This document shows, piece by piece, positions 38,455 through 48,733 of a stretch of 64,000 nucleotides of DNA; the stretch's first letter is position 1, and each line of letters starts with the position of its first letter. The translations under genes and the position numbers were made by a program. The notes beneath the pieces are model-generated. The model had not been told where the DNA came from. It made no database searches and worked only from the letters and a program-made list of their open reading frames with translations. The stretch lies in the IMG/VR virus record IMGVR_UViG_3300021400_005597. One strand, 5' to 3'. The DNA comes from an uncultured virus (IMG/VR IMGVR_UViG_3300021400_005597) (Duplodnaviria; Heunggongvirae; Uroviricota; Caudoviricetes).

Positions 38455-40944
38455 TTAAAATGCTGTTGCACTTGATTCATTTATATCAAAGTTCATAAAA
38501 TAACTTTCTGCTTTATTGAGTATTTCATCATTTGTTGTAGCACCAAAGAAGTTAGCCAGAGTTTCATTGGTAATTGGCAGAACTTCAGGAATTGCTGAAT
38601 TGATTTTGGCTCTCTTTGTAAGATTTGGTGTTGAAAGAGCCGGATAAATGGATGTATCAAACTTATAACATTCCGGTGCTCCACAAGACTCAGCATAGTC
38701 ATTTGTATATTTATAGTTAGGATGCTGCAGATAATCATATTTCTCAGCAAGAAGTGGTTGTTCACCGTAAATAAGGACTAATTCATCGTTGTAATCCATA
38801 CGGCCTAATTCTTCTGGTTTTAAGAGTTCTCTTGAGTCTATCTGATAACTTTGAGAACCGCCCTTTTTACCGTCAATAGACTGCGAATAGGTCTTAACAG
38901 TTGATGCACCAATCTTCTTTGAAATGTATTCATTATTGGTATTTTCATCACCACCAAGGAAAATAGTGAATGGTGAGTTTGCATCAATAACTTCATAGTC
39001 TTTTTCATACATACCTTTAAGCTGTGAGATTGTCTGGCAGATTGTGGTAGATGAAATCTCATATTTACGCATTGTTGAGAGTTTTTCCTTATATTCAGGG
39101 ATTTCACCAATATTAGGGAACTCATCAATAAGCATTCTTACATGGATTGGAAGTCTTGGATTGGAGCCTGTAACTACCTTTGCATTTTTAAGTTCGGAAA
39201 CAAACTTATCTGCTGCCTGTTTGGTAGGTCTTATTGTAATCAAACGGTTATCTTCATCATAGATTTCATACCAGTCATCATGAAGTGTTACAGGTGCATT
39301 TACGGTTGTAGTAAATAAACCAAGAATTTTCTTCTTTTGTTTAATCTTACCGTGGCCATTAGGTCTTTCTGTATTATGTACGATATGGCAATTTTTGATT
39401 TTTTTAACATCTTCATCTACAATGCCGGCATTTACCTCGCTCCTTGAATAGAACTTAACTAATTCATTATTGCCAGGTAATCTAAGCATCTTTGTTCCAT
39501 CCATCTGTCTTTCACCGAACTGATAAAGAATATCAAACAACTGTGTATAAACAAATGAAAGTAAGAAATTATATGTTTTGTCATTAGTTGCCATCTTAAG
39601 GAAAAGTGCAGTTTTCTGCTTTGCAAAGTCTTGTAAATCAAGAGTATCTGTAGATGTTAAATCACGCATCTGTCTGATATTGAATGGTCCAAGACGAACT
39701 GCTACTACCATTAAGACGGTTGTAGATGTCTTTTCAGGAGCAATACGGAAGTTTTCCCACTCACGAAGAGCATAAGGCTTTTCAATAAGGTCTGGTGTAT
39801 CTGAAAGTCCTTGTCTGTTTGCTTCATACTGACGCATATTCTCGAAAATAGCAGCAAGTTTAGATGCATTTGCTGTATTATTCTTACCATCGCCGAGTTT
39901 TACACCGTCCATAAGCTCGATACCGCAATCAGGTGTCCATTTAGAGTTTGCCAAACGGGTTAATTCACAAAGGTTAGCGAAACAAGGCTCATATAAAAGG
40001 CCACCGGTAACTTCAGGGATTTGTGCATAAGGTATGTTAGAACCGGTAGGGCAAGTAACTAAAAATGATACACAAGCACAAAGGAACTCATTCATTGAGT
40101 CGTCCCAGAACTGATCACCTTTTGATGCCCCAGTTTCTGCTGTATTTGTGATAAATGCCTTTACCAACTTTTTGATATCAGACTCTTGCTTGCAATATTT
40201 CATTGGGTTATAAGAGTCGCAATGAAGTTCTGCTTCTGCTTCTCCGTTATTTGCTGTTAGTGCAGATACATCAAGGATTTTAATACGGTATCCATTTCTT
40301 CTTAATGCTTCGCCACAACTTGCCAAAATCTCTCCAGATGGATCGGTGATAACATAAGAAGTATTCATCTGCAAAAGATTAGGCTTAAGCCAGAATCTTG
40401 TTTTTCCGGAGCCGGAAGCACCTAAAATCAAAGTGTTCATAGCTCTTTTATGTTTTCTGGTATCAAGTGATGCATAAAAATTCTTTGAAAAGATAACATT
40501 GTAGCCCTCTTTAACTGAATTTTTATTCTTTGCATCAGGGATATCTGCGAACTTTTGTGTTAATTCTTTTTCGTTATTCCATCTACTTGAACCTTTAAGT
40601 ACATCAAGGTCATTGTGGAGACGGATTCTGTCATAAAAGTAATATGCCAAAAATACAAGCCCAACTAATCCAGCCACGCCAAATGCTAATACTATCTGGT
40701 CAGGGTGAACATAATTTGATGGATTGAAACAGTCAAATGTATGCCCATTAAGATTGGCTGTTAACTGCTTAAATACTTCATCTAATCCTGCTTTTTTTCC
40801 ACATTGATCTTGTGCATAGAAAAACTCCAGAGCAGCAATCAAGGTTAATGGAACAAAAACAATAACCTGCATTATCGTAGTTTCCAAATATTCCTTTTTT
40901 AACTGTTCAGGAGACTTCTGTTTTCCTCTCTTATTTGCCTTCAT
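38455..40944 (-). CDS. virD4: VirD4/TraG type IV coupling protein
   Basis: Two N-terminal TMs, GASGSGKT, KPNLLQ, ITDPSGE, DEFPNIG, QTISQLK. Confidence 0.92.
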   Translation of the reverse strand: MKANKRGKQKSPEQLKKEYLETTIMQVIVFVPLTLIAALEFFYAQDQCGKKAGLDEVFKQLTANLNGHTFDCFNPSNYVHPDQIVLAFGVAGLVGLVFLAYYFYDRIRLHNDLDVLKGSSRWNNEKELTQKFADIPDAKNKNSVKEGYNVIFSKNFYASLDTRKHKRAMNTLILGASGSGKTRFWLKPNLLQMNTSYVITDPSGEILASCGEALRRNGYRIKILDVSALTANNGEAEAELHCDSYNPMKYCKQESDIKKLVKAFITNTAETGASKGDQFWDDSMNEFLCACVSFLVTCPTGSNIPYAQIPEVTGGLLYEPCFANLCELTRLANSKWTPDCGIELMDGVKLGDGKNNTANASKLAAIFENMRQYEANRQGLSDTPDLIEKPYALREWENFRIAPEKTSTTVLMVVAVRLGPFNIRQMRDLTSTDTLDLQDFAKQKTALFLKMATNDKTYNFLLSFVYTQLFDILYQFGERQMDGTKMLRLPGNNELVKFYSRSEVNAGIVDEDVKKIKNCHIVHNTERPNGHGKIKQKKKILGLFTTTVNAPVTLHDDWYEIYDEDNRLITIRPTKQAADKFVSELKNAKVVTGSNPRLPIHVRMLIDEFPNIGEIPEYKEKLSTMRKYEISSTTICQTISQLKGMYEKDYEVIDANSPFTIFLGGDENTNNEYISKKIGASTVKTYSQSIDGKKGGSQSYQIDSRELLKPEELGRMDYNDELVLIYGEQPLLAEKYDYLQHPNYKYTNDYAESCGAPECYKFDTSIYPALSTPNLTKRAKINSAIPEVLPITNETLANFFGATTNDEILNKAESYFMNFDINESSATAF

Positions 40945-41074
40945 AAACCATAATCCTTTCTATTTATATATTTGTATATCCTTGTAAAATCAGATATCTA
41001 TATATGTAAAAAAAATAAATGAAAAAATTAGGGCAAAAAAATACCACCCATATAGGGTGGTACTTATCTTTTGA

Positions 41075-42844
41075 TTATTCAAGGTCTACATCTATTGAAG
41101 TATCTTTATCAATAGTTTCTGAAATGGATTTTGTTTCATCAAGCTGATATTTAAGGATATCTTGTTCAGCACGGAGTGCGTCCATTTCTTCATTTAATGC
41201 TTCGATAGTGTCTTTAATATTGTCATTATATTCATTATATTCATCTAAAGCAGCTTGTCCTGCTTCTTTGAATTGTTCAGATACTTTTTCGTCTCGAACA
41301 AATTGGTTTAATGTATCGAGAATTACATCATCGTTTTTATTTGCCAATTGTTTCTTGAGTCCTTCAGGAATATCTGATTTAGCAACAATTTCTTTAATAT
41401 TGGCATTTTTATCAGCAGAACCGATTTCTTTTTTAACTTCAGACATTCTATCTTTGACAGCACCAAGTTTTTGTGCAAGTTCATTTGTTTTTGCCTGACA
41501 GAACTCTTTTGAATCGGCAATTCTGGCAATTTCTTTTACTGGAACTAAATCCATTTTATACAAATTTCCATTATCGTTTTGGAAATTACCTATAACCTGG
41601 TTTAATAACTTATCATGAACCTGAGATGAATTCTCACCAAAAAGTGCATCATCTTGCTCTTTAAAGGCATCTATTGCTTCTTGTATATCAGTATCTGCAA
41701 ATTTACCTTGTAAAAGACCTACAATAATCTCTTTCTTTTGTTGATATTTTGCTTGTGGTGGTAATTCTGGATTTACCATTTGTGTAGCTTTTTCATTAAC
41801 CAACTCGATTACTTTTTTAAGTTGTCTTTGTGATTTATGTATAGTAATTGAATTGGAACTAAGTTTTGGTCTATGACAAATTTCTTGTATCTCTTTATCG
41901 GTTAATGTACCCGCTTTAAGCCTTTTGAAATCATTATTACTTACTATAGTCATATTATGAATTTCATCAGTAAAACGAAATAACGCTGTTTTAAGTTCCT
42001 GTTCAGTACCATTTATTGGTATTTGTGTAACTTTGCCACCACAATCTATTGCATCAATAGTTTTATCTGCTGGGTTTACCTTTAAATATATATCTGATTT
42101 TTGTTCAATATCGCAAAGAATAGCCACATTTCCTTTTTTCGCATTTCTGATAAATTTAGTTAATTCGGAATCATCATACATCTTTTGAGCGGCATAAGTT
42201 TCAGCATATTCTTTTGCATTAGGAATAATTGCGTGGTTTTGGAAAAGATATGTGTTTTTAACGGCCATTTCAAGATTGAAAGAATTAAGGTCTTTTCCTG
42301 TATTATTAAAACGACAAGTAGCATCCAGAGCTATTCTTTCATTTGTATTTGATACTGAAATACCATTATCAAACAACTTAGTCTTAATAACCTCTGAAAA
42401 TGTGGAATAATTATCAGAAAATACAGGTGTAATAACTGTTCCTGCTTCAAGCTCATTATTTGTAAGATTAAGTGCTATCTGCTGTGGGGTGCATCTTCTG
42501 GCATACTCCGGATCATTAATTTGTACATATGAATACGCCTTTAAGAAAGCATCTTTATCTTCTTTTCTTACAAAGAACAGTTGGCTGTCATTATTTGCAC
42601 CAAGAATTGTATAAGGGATATTGTTTAATTGGCAATACTCTTTAAGTCTTTCGACATATTGATGCTTAACATTGGAAGAAAAAGGTTCTTTACCTTGTCC
42701 TATGTAATTTTTCATAGTTTCAAGGTATTCTCTTTCCTTAACAGTCATAATATCTGGTCTTTTTTTGATATAATTATCAATAATCTTTAATATTTTATTG
42801 AGTAAGTCCATCAAGACTTGTGGATCAGTTGAAAAATCAGCCAT
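41075..42844 (-). CDS. Hypothetical protein, possibly PcfB/DUF3801-like N-terminus, coiled-coil C-terminus
   Basis: IPYTIL...FFVRKEDKDAF; position upstream of virD4. Confidence 0.4.
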   Translation of the reverse strand: MADFSTDPQVLMDLLNKILKIIDNYIKKRPDIMTVKEREYLETMKNYIGQGKEPFSSNVKHQYVERLKEYCQLNNIPYTILGANNDSQLFFVRKEDKDAFLKAYSYVQINDPEYARRCTPQQIALNLTNNELEAGTVITPVFSDNYSTFSEVIKTKLFDNGISVSNTNERIALDATCRFNNTGKDLNSFNLEMAVKNTYLFQNHAIIPNAKEYAETYAAQKMYDDSELTKFIRNAKKGNVAILCDIEQKSDIYLKVNPADKTIDAIDCGGKVTQIPINGTEQELKTALFRFTDEIHNMTIVSNNDFKRLKAGTLTDKEIQEICHRPKLSSNSITIHKSQRQLKKVIELVNEKATQMVNPELPPQAKYQQKKEIIVGLLQGKFADTDIQEAIDAFKEQDDALFGENSSQVHDKLLNQVIGNFQNDNGNLYKMDLVPVKEIARIADSKEFCQAKTNELAQKLGAVKDRMSEVKKEIGSADKNANIKEIVAKSDIPEGLKKQLANKNDDVILDTLNQFVRDEKVSEQFKEAGQAALDEYNEYNDNIKDTIEALNEEMDALRAEQDILKYQLDETKSISETIDKDTSIDVDLE

Positions 42845-42930
42845 AATAATACTCCTTTTTAATTTATTTGTTTATATATGATAAATTTTTGGTAAAAAAT
42901 AGAAAGGCTGGTATTTAGCCAGCCTTATAT

Positions 42931-43461
42931 TTAATCAACTACGAATGAACCATTGATAATACATGGTGTTTTATAAGACATATAGACTATCTTATATCCC
43001 GGATATCTTTCAAAGATTTTAGCAGGAATTCTGCTTTTAGATGTAAATGTTAATACAGCTTCCATTTCTTCACCCGGGATTTTGATTGTCGGGAAAAGGA
43101 TATTTCCATCTTTTATCTGACAAATTGTTAAAAGTTTATTCTTCTTAATAATAGAAAGATATCTTTCGTCCTTTGTAAGAAGATACTGTGCATAGGCAAT
43201 CTCATTACAATTCTGGTCATAAAAGTATGAATCTGAACGCTTGAGCTGAATTTTTTCGCCATCCAAATATCCGAATAAGAAACCGGCATTGAATAATTCA
43301 GTAGTTAATGCTTTAAGATTGTCATATTCGGTTTCTACTAATCTCGCAGATGGTTCGAATACATCTTTGAAATATGATGGATCAGAATATGCAAAAAAAC
43401 ATACTTCTCTTGGCTTCATATAAAAGGTTTTGGTGTTGCAGTCTCTTAATACACAATACAT
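42931..43461 (-). CDS. Hypothetical protein (possible SseB-like C-terminus)
   Basis: FPTI..PG...VLTFTS. Confidence 0.4.
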   Translation of the reverse strand: MYCVLRDCNTKTFYMKPREVCFFAYSDPSYFKDVFEPSARLVETEYDNLKALTTELFNAGFLFGYLDGEKIQLKRSDSYFYDQNCNEIAYAQYLLTKDERYLSIIKKNKLLTICQIKDGNILFPTIKIPGEEMEAVLTFTSKSRIPAKIFERYPGYKIVYMSYKTPCIINGSFVVD

Positions 43462-43462
43462 A

Positions 43463-44959
43463 TTATTCCTCGCTTTCTACTGAATCTTCATTGGTTTCAT
43501 CTGTTTCTGTACTTTGGGTAGCGTCTGTACCCTGCCCGTTATATACTTCAACATTGGTTAATACAATGTCATAGTCATCTGTTAAGCCACTAATGGTGAT
43601 TACGCCCTCAATACCTACGCCCTTAAATTCAGTTTCATATACCTTGTCGAACTTATTATAGGTAAGTTTATTGGTTGAGCCATTAGAGAACTTGATATAT
43701 GCAGCACCCGTGCTTTCAGGAGTTTCAATTACGATTTTGCAGTTTCTGTCTTCCGGGAACCATAAATCATATTTGATAATATTAGCCTTTGTGAGTGATG
43801 CAATCTCTTCTTCTTCAAAGATTTCAGGCTCATATACCTCATAATATTCATATGGATCTACGGGTTCTGTATAGTTTATACAACCAACAATATTGGTTTC
43901 CTGGAACTTATAGGCATCATCTGCGTTTAATAATTCTTCATCATCTGTATAAAGGCCACATACAATTCTTGAGTCATAGTATTTATCTTCAACTGTTGTT
44001 AAAAACTCATTATAATCGTCGATTGTGTAGTTTTCGCTGTCTAAATAAGGATATTCTTTTAATTCAGGGTAAACTAACTGTTCATTGTAATTAGTATTAT
44101 CTGAGTAAAAAACATCTTTGCAAAGACGGAACATGCCAAGATGGTTAATATTGTAATAACCTTCAACCAAATAATCAGGTACTGTAATCTGCCAGAAATG
44201 TTCTCTTAATGTAGAAAACTTGGTTGATTCGAATAATTCATAATCTTTGAATGCGTGGATATTGGCTTCGCCTGTAATATACTGATAATTAGTACCTGTA
44301 TAAATCTCAAAGTCATAGGTCTGCCCTTTTGTTGCACCAAGAATGATACCGTCTTTTACAGAGTTATCTCTGATATCAATTCCACCAACCTTATCAATAA
44401 GGACCTGTGATGCTTCTAATTTGGCAATTTCTGATAAAGAAGTATTAGGAAGAACTGATTCGATATCAGAATTAGCAAGGTCGATATAATACCTTCCGCC
44501 GGATGTACGCTGTAAATCACGAAGTCCGAATGTAATGCCGCAGTTATAATATCTTTCAAAGAAAATATTTTGCAGCATGTTTGTGGTTGAGTAATAGACG
44601 ATGGTATCTCCAGGGAAAAGAGTTGGGATATTCTGCTCTGATTCAAGAGTATAGAACATCATTTCGCCATTTCTTGTTCTGTAAGCGTCTTCTAAGTCAT
44701 AATCGTCATATACTTCATTAGTCATATCCTGAAATAATGGATAATATATACCGTTATGAACTACATAAAACTGCCCATCTGTGAGATATGTTTCATAATC
44801 AGGGGTACTTGAGTCCACTCCAAGCGTGGAAGTTTCATCAGTAACCAAGCCCTCAATGATTTCACCGCTATATACGATAGGTTCTGTACTAGAACACGCA
44901 GTTAATGGGGCAATTAAACAAGCTGAAAGCAATATTGGTAATAATTTGTGTTTTTTCAT
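43463..44959 (-). CDS. Acidic lipoprotein
   Basis: Lipobox LTAC. Confidence 0.7.
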   Translation of the reverse strand: MKKHKLLPILLSACLIAPLTACSSTEPIVYSGEIIEGLVTDETSTLGVDSSTPDYETYLTDGQFYVVHNGIYYPLFQDMTNEVYDDYDLEDAYRTRNGEMMFYTLESEQNIPTLFPGDTIVYYSTTNMLQNIFFERYYNCGITFGLRDLQRTSGGRYYIDLANSDIESVLPNTSLSEIAKLEASQVLIDKVGGIDIRDNSVKDGIILGATKGQTYDFEIYTGTNYQYITGEANIHAFKDYELFESTKFSTLREHFWQITVPDYLVEGYYNINHLGMFRLCKDVFYSDNTNYNEQLVYPELKEYPYLDSENYTIDDYNEFLTTVEDKYYDSRIVCGLYTDDEELLNADDAYKFQETNIVGCINYTEPVDPYEYYEVYEPEIFEEEEIASLTKANIIKYDLWFPEDRNCKIVIETPESTGAAYIKFSNGSTNKLTYNKFDKVYETEFKGVGIEGVITISGLTDDYDIVLTNVEVYNGQGTDATQSTETDETNEDSVESEE

Positions 44960-45099
44960 ATTTTGCTCCTTGTCATCAAAAGATATGAATATATGTAAAA
45001 TAATTTTTTTAATTTTTAAGTGGAGAATTTTAGTGGGTGAACTGCATAAAAAAAGACTGCCTTTATAAGACAGTCTTAAAGTCGTATAACTTTTTATAT

Positions 45100-45738
45100 T
45101 TATTCATTATTTTTTTCGTGATAATAATATTTTCCGGGATTATTCCATCTTTCTTCTGCTTCTATGTCTTCTACCTGTAAATCAAGTTCATCTTTAAATT
45201 TAAGTCTATATATATCATTATGCATAAGTTTATCATCAATAGGTGTAAAAAACTTTTCAAATAAAGCTAGAAGCATTATGCGTTCTTTATATTTCCAGTA
45301 TTCATCGATTGTAAGAGTAGGAATATTTGGATCATAGTCGTCCATACTTTGAGAGAGTAAGAAATTAACTTCTTCTTCTCTTCTATCATCTATTATCTTT
45401 TCTATTTCTTTATAGCGTTTACTGTTTTGTTTTAATGTATCGCTGCTGTTGTTTCTTACATAGTCATACATCTTTTTGCTGCTTAAGAGCATCTGTTTTT
45501 GCTGTTTAGAAAAATATCTTGTTTTCTTTTTCCCCTTTTGTACAATAACACCCTTTTCCCATATGCCTAATTGTTTTAAGGCTCTTGATACCTGTTGTCT
45601 GTAATTTTTCCAATCTGTGCTCTGTTGGTCGATAATTTCTTTCTTGTTCTTAATTTTCTTTTCATGTGGAAGATTGTATTCGTTGATTATTTCATTTACT
45701 AAGTCTGCAACGCTGTATTTCTCTGACATATAAATCAT
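45100..45738 (-). CDS. Hypothetical protein divergent from the sigma-like gene (possible regulator)
   Basis: Basic N-terminal half; lacks the CATATA motif upstream. Confidence 0.55.
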   Translation of the reverse strand: MIYMSEKYSVADLVNEIINEYNLPHEKKIKNKKEIIDQQSTDWKNYRQQVSRALKQLGIWEKGVIVQKGKKKTRYFSKQQKQMLLSSKKMYDYVRNNSSDTLKQNSKRYKEIEKIIDDRREEEVNFLLSQSMDDYDPNIPTLTIDEYWKYKERIMLLALFEKFFTPIDDKLMHNDIYRLKFKDELDLQVEDIEAEERWNNPGKYYYHEKNNE

Positions 45739-46036
45739 CCCCTTTCTGTCTTTAAAAACATTACCTACCTGTATTTATTTTACAGCAAGAAAAAAAGTGT
45801 TTCAATATTTCTTGTAAATTGTGTAGATACTTTTAATAATTATGTAGATATGTTATTGCGTATTTATTGAGTTTTCGGTAATTTTTAAGGTATGTGTAAA
45901 TATATTTTTTGTAAATAGTTTCTATCTTTTAAGACAAAATAGTGATTTAATGTGAGCATCGGGAGCTCGTTAATTACATATAAAAAGAAAAATATTTTTC
46001 TTAAAAATTTTCTTAAAAAATTTTTTGAAAGGATTT

Positions 46037-46083
46037 TAACAAGATATTGTGGTTAATTTGGAGTTCTCAAATACATGTTGCGA
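46037..46083. promoter_or_regulatory. Candidate tandem NrdR boxes
   Basis: TAACAAGATATTGTGG (46037) and CAAATACATGTTGCGA (46068), 31 bp apart. Confidence 0.45.
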
Positions 46084-46236
46084 AATGAGTAAAATATCCC
46101 CTTGGTTTTTAATATTCCGTGCTCTATTTTTAAAATTTTTTTTTACATATGTATGTAGCGATTTTTGGGGATAGGGGATTTTTTTACTCTAAATCGCTTG
46201 GTCATAGTTTAATTTTTTGTTTTTAGGAGGTTAAAA

Positions 46237-47052
46237 ATGATTAAAAACGATGAATCTTTAATTGATCGAATAACTTCGATCCCTGATGGTAATTCGATAC
46301 CTCAGGACATTTCCACAGAACTTCAAAACACAGCAGCTAAAGACTTATCTTGGGAATTATTTAGTGTTACACACGCTAAAGAGTCTCTTTTAGGTAATTT
46401 CGGCAACTCTGCTATCATTGCAAGAAAGCTTATGGAACCGTTAATTTTTAGTGCATCTAATAATGTGCTTAAAGGTGCTGTTATGACTATTCAGGAAAAG
46501 GAAGACTTATTAAGTAATGCTTTTATTGAGCTTTTGGACGCTTGTAAGTCTTACAATGAGATGAAAGGTAAGTTTCCTGTATATTCAAAGACTTTTATCG
46601 TTGGGGCAATTCGTAACACTTTTGAGACAAATATCTCTCATTATGACAGAAAGAAAATCATTGAGGATATTGTTACGGAAGAAATGAAGAAAGATCCTAC
46701 TCTTTCTTTAGAAGATGCTATCGAGAAAGCAAAACTCAGAACAGTAAGACCTGCTTCTATTGATGAAACCAATGAAGATGGTAAGTCATTAGGAGAAACC
46801 TTAGAGTCTGATTGTACTATTGAAGAAGAATATGACAAATTGGCCAGAGAAAGAAAAAGCGAAATTATGATTAAGTTCTTCAAACTTAATGCTAAAAATG
46901 GTCAGGTCAGCATTTTACAGTCATTCGGTCTTTGGAATGAAGTAGTAAGTCTTTTTAAGGATAATGACAGGTTGTTTGATGAATTTGCTAAAAAGGTTAA
47001 TGGTGCTTATAACAGACTTTATAGCGATGAATTAGAAGAAATGGAGATATAG
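46237..47052 (+). CDS. Sigma70-family RNA polymerase sigma factor-like protein, degenerate region 4
   Basis: Region 2 EKEDLLSNAFIELLDACKSYNEMKGKFPVYSKTFIVGAI; region 3.2 ASIDETNEDGKSLGETL; RBS AGGAGG. Confidence 0.75.
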   Translation: MIKNDESLIDRITSIPDGNSIPQDISTELQNTAAKDLSWELFSVTHAKESLLGNFGNSAIIARKLMEPLIFSASNNVLKGAVMTIQEKEDLLSNAFIELLDACKSYNEMKGKFPVYSKTFIVGAIRNTFETNISHYDRKKIIEDIVTEEMKKDPTLSLEDAIEKAKLRTVRPASIDETNEDGKSLGETLESDCTIEEEYDKLARERKSEIMIKFFKLNAKNGQVSILQSFGLWNEVVSLFKDNDRLFDEFAKKVNGAYNRLYSDELEEMEI

Positions 47053-47054
47053 TT

Positions 47055-48197
47055 ATGGATTATAATTATTTAACAAGAGAAGAACTGATTGAAGAAATTC
47101 AGAAATTCGAAGCAATGAGCGATAATGAGATAAAAGAATATAATAAGTTCCACAAACACTCTGCTGCTTCAAGAATGCAGGAAATTAAAGATGTTCTTGC
47201 TGAGAAACTTGATATTGATAAAGATGCTCAGTATCAGGCAAATGCTATCAATATTTGTAAGAATTTAGGCGTTAATTACAATATTAACAGAGATTATAGC
47301 CCTGAAAACAGAGACAAGGTAGATGATGAATATAAAGTAATTACTGTAGCCTTGGCAAAGGGAATACTTAAAAACTCATTTGAGCCTGAAAAAATACAAA
47401 AGAAACTCTATAAAAAGAATGTTATCTCTAGTGCTGATTTAACAGAAAGAGAGATAAATATTCGAATAGTAAGAACAATTATTTTGGACATTGTTCATTT
47501 AACACCTGAACAGTATCATAGCATCTACTCTACCAAAATCAACAAGAGTCTTCATGTATATGATTTTGTTCGCAAGATTGTAGATAGCTGTTCTACTGAA
47601 GAAAAGGACCTTTATGGCATTGATAATAAGGAAATCTTGTTCAACCTTGTATTCCCTGAATATATTGAAAAAACAAAGACTACAGGTGAATGTTTCCAGA
47701 ATTATATCTACGCCAAGGGTAGCCAGAAAGCAGCTTTAATTAAGGCCGGCAAGATTAAGGATACTAAATTAAATGCCAATAGACCTTATGACGAGTTTTG
47801 TATGGCTATTGATGATGTCCCAGTTTCAAAGCACGGTGTACTTGTTGATAAGAAGATTTGGGAAAGTATTGAACAAGCCTTTCAGGTAATGGGTACTACT
47901 GATAGAAAGAGAATGCTTTTGATGCTTGATGATTATAAGAGGTTCTTCGTAGATTTAAGGTATTCTGTACCGGGATTTACAGATATTATCAAGGCAAGAA
48001 GTATCTATACATCTCCTATGGACTTTTATTATAGCCAATTGTCCAAAGAAGACAGAATTGAATTATTCGATACTTATTATGAGCTCAAAAAGAAAGAAGG
48101 ACAAACAGTTGCCCTTGACCTTTTGAAAGAGTTCGTAGATGAAAACCATGACGAAATTGAAAAAATGGCGTATGATGAATTTGAACTTGATGAATAA
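47055..48197 (+). CDS. Hypothetical protein co-transcribed with the sigma-like gene
   Basis: Starts 2 nt after the sigma stop codon. Confidence 0.7.
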   Translation: MDYNYLTREELIEEIQKFEAMSDNEIKEYNKFHKHSAASRMQEIKDVLAEKLDIDKDAQYQANAINICKNLGVNYNINRDYSPENRDKVDDEYKVITVALAKGILKNSFEPEKIQKKLYKKNVISSADLTEREINIRIVRTIILDIVHLTPEQYHSIYSTKINKSLHVYDFVRKIVDSCSTEEKDLYGIDNKEILFNLVFPEYIEKTKTTGECFQNYIYAKGSQKAALIKAGKIKDTKLNANRPYDEFCMAIDDVPVSKHGVLVDKKIWESIEQAFQVMGTTDRKRMLLMLDDYKRFFVDLRYSVPGFTDIIKARSIYTSPMDFYYSQLSKEDRIELFDTYYELKKKEGQTVALDLLKEFVDENHDEIEKMAYDEFELDE

Positions 48198-48212
48198 ATT
48201 TAAGTAATAATA

Positions 48213-48254
48213 GAAACACCATCTTGATCTTATTAAAGAAAAAGGTGGTGTTTT
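48213..48254. terminator. Bidirectional terminator at convergence
   Basis: AAACACCATC...GGTGGTGTTT. Confidence 0.6.
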
Positions 48255-48272
48255 TATTATGCTTATAAATTT

Positions 48273-48725
48273 TTATTCTTTATCTTCGCCTAAATCATTA
48301 TAAGGTGAGAAATCAAATTGTTCAGCAAATTTTTCTGCATCCAGGTTATAATCGTTAATAGTATCTTCAAGCTCTGCAAAGGAATGACAATCTATCTCGA
48401 TTTGTCTTAAGTAATAGGACTCGCTCACAAAGCCATCTGTATCTTCATATCGTAGAGGTTCTTCAGTAAAGTTATCCAATATATCCATGAATTCATCATA
48501 ATCAGATGCGTCTTTGATAGAGTCTTCTAATATTCCCTTGTCATAATCATCTAAATGATTATAATGCTCTATTATTTTAGAACGCTTAAAGGCTTCGAAA
48601 AGTTTATGAGCATCTTCACTACTAGATGCGTAAAAGGTAAATTCAGTTGACAGCCCTGTTTCTGTTTGGCCAAGACCATTATCAACTTCCCACGCTGTTG
48701 ATATAGTATATAAATTTCCGTCCAT
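48273..48725 (-). CDS. Acidic hypothetical protein
   Basis: RBS GGAG; 150 aa. Confidence 0.6.
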   Translation of the reverse strand: MDGNLYTISTAWEVDNGLGQTETGLSTEFTFYASSSEDAHKLFEAFKRSKIIEHYNHLDDYDKGILEDSIKDASDYDEFMDILDNFTEEPLRYEDTDGFVSESYYLRQIEIDCHSFAELEDTINDYNLDAEKFAEQFDFSPYNDLGEDKE

Positions 48726-48733
48726 AAACTCTC

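Noticed and set aside
45739..46140. Replication origin in the AT-rich spacer
   Set aside because: Only short low-complexity repeats; no convincing iterons, DnaA-box cluster or rep gene
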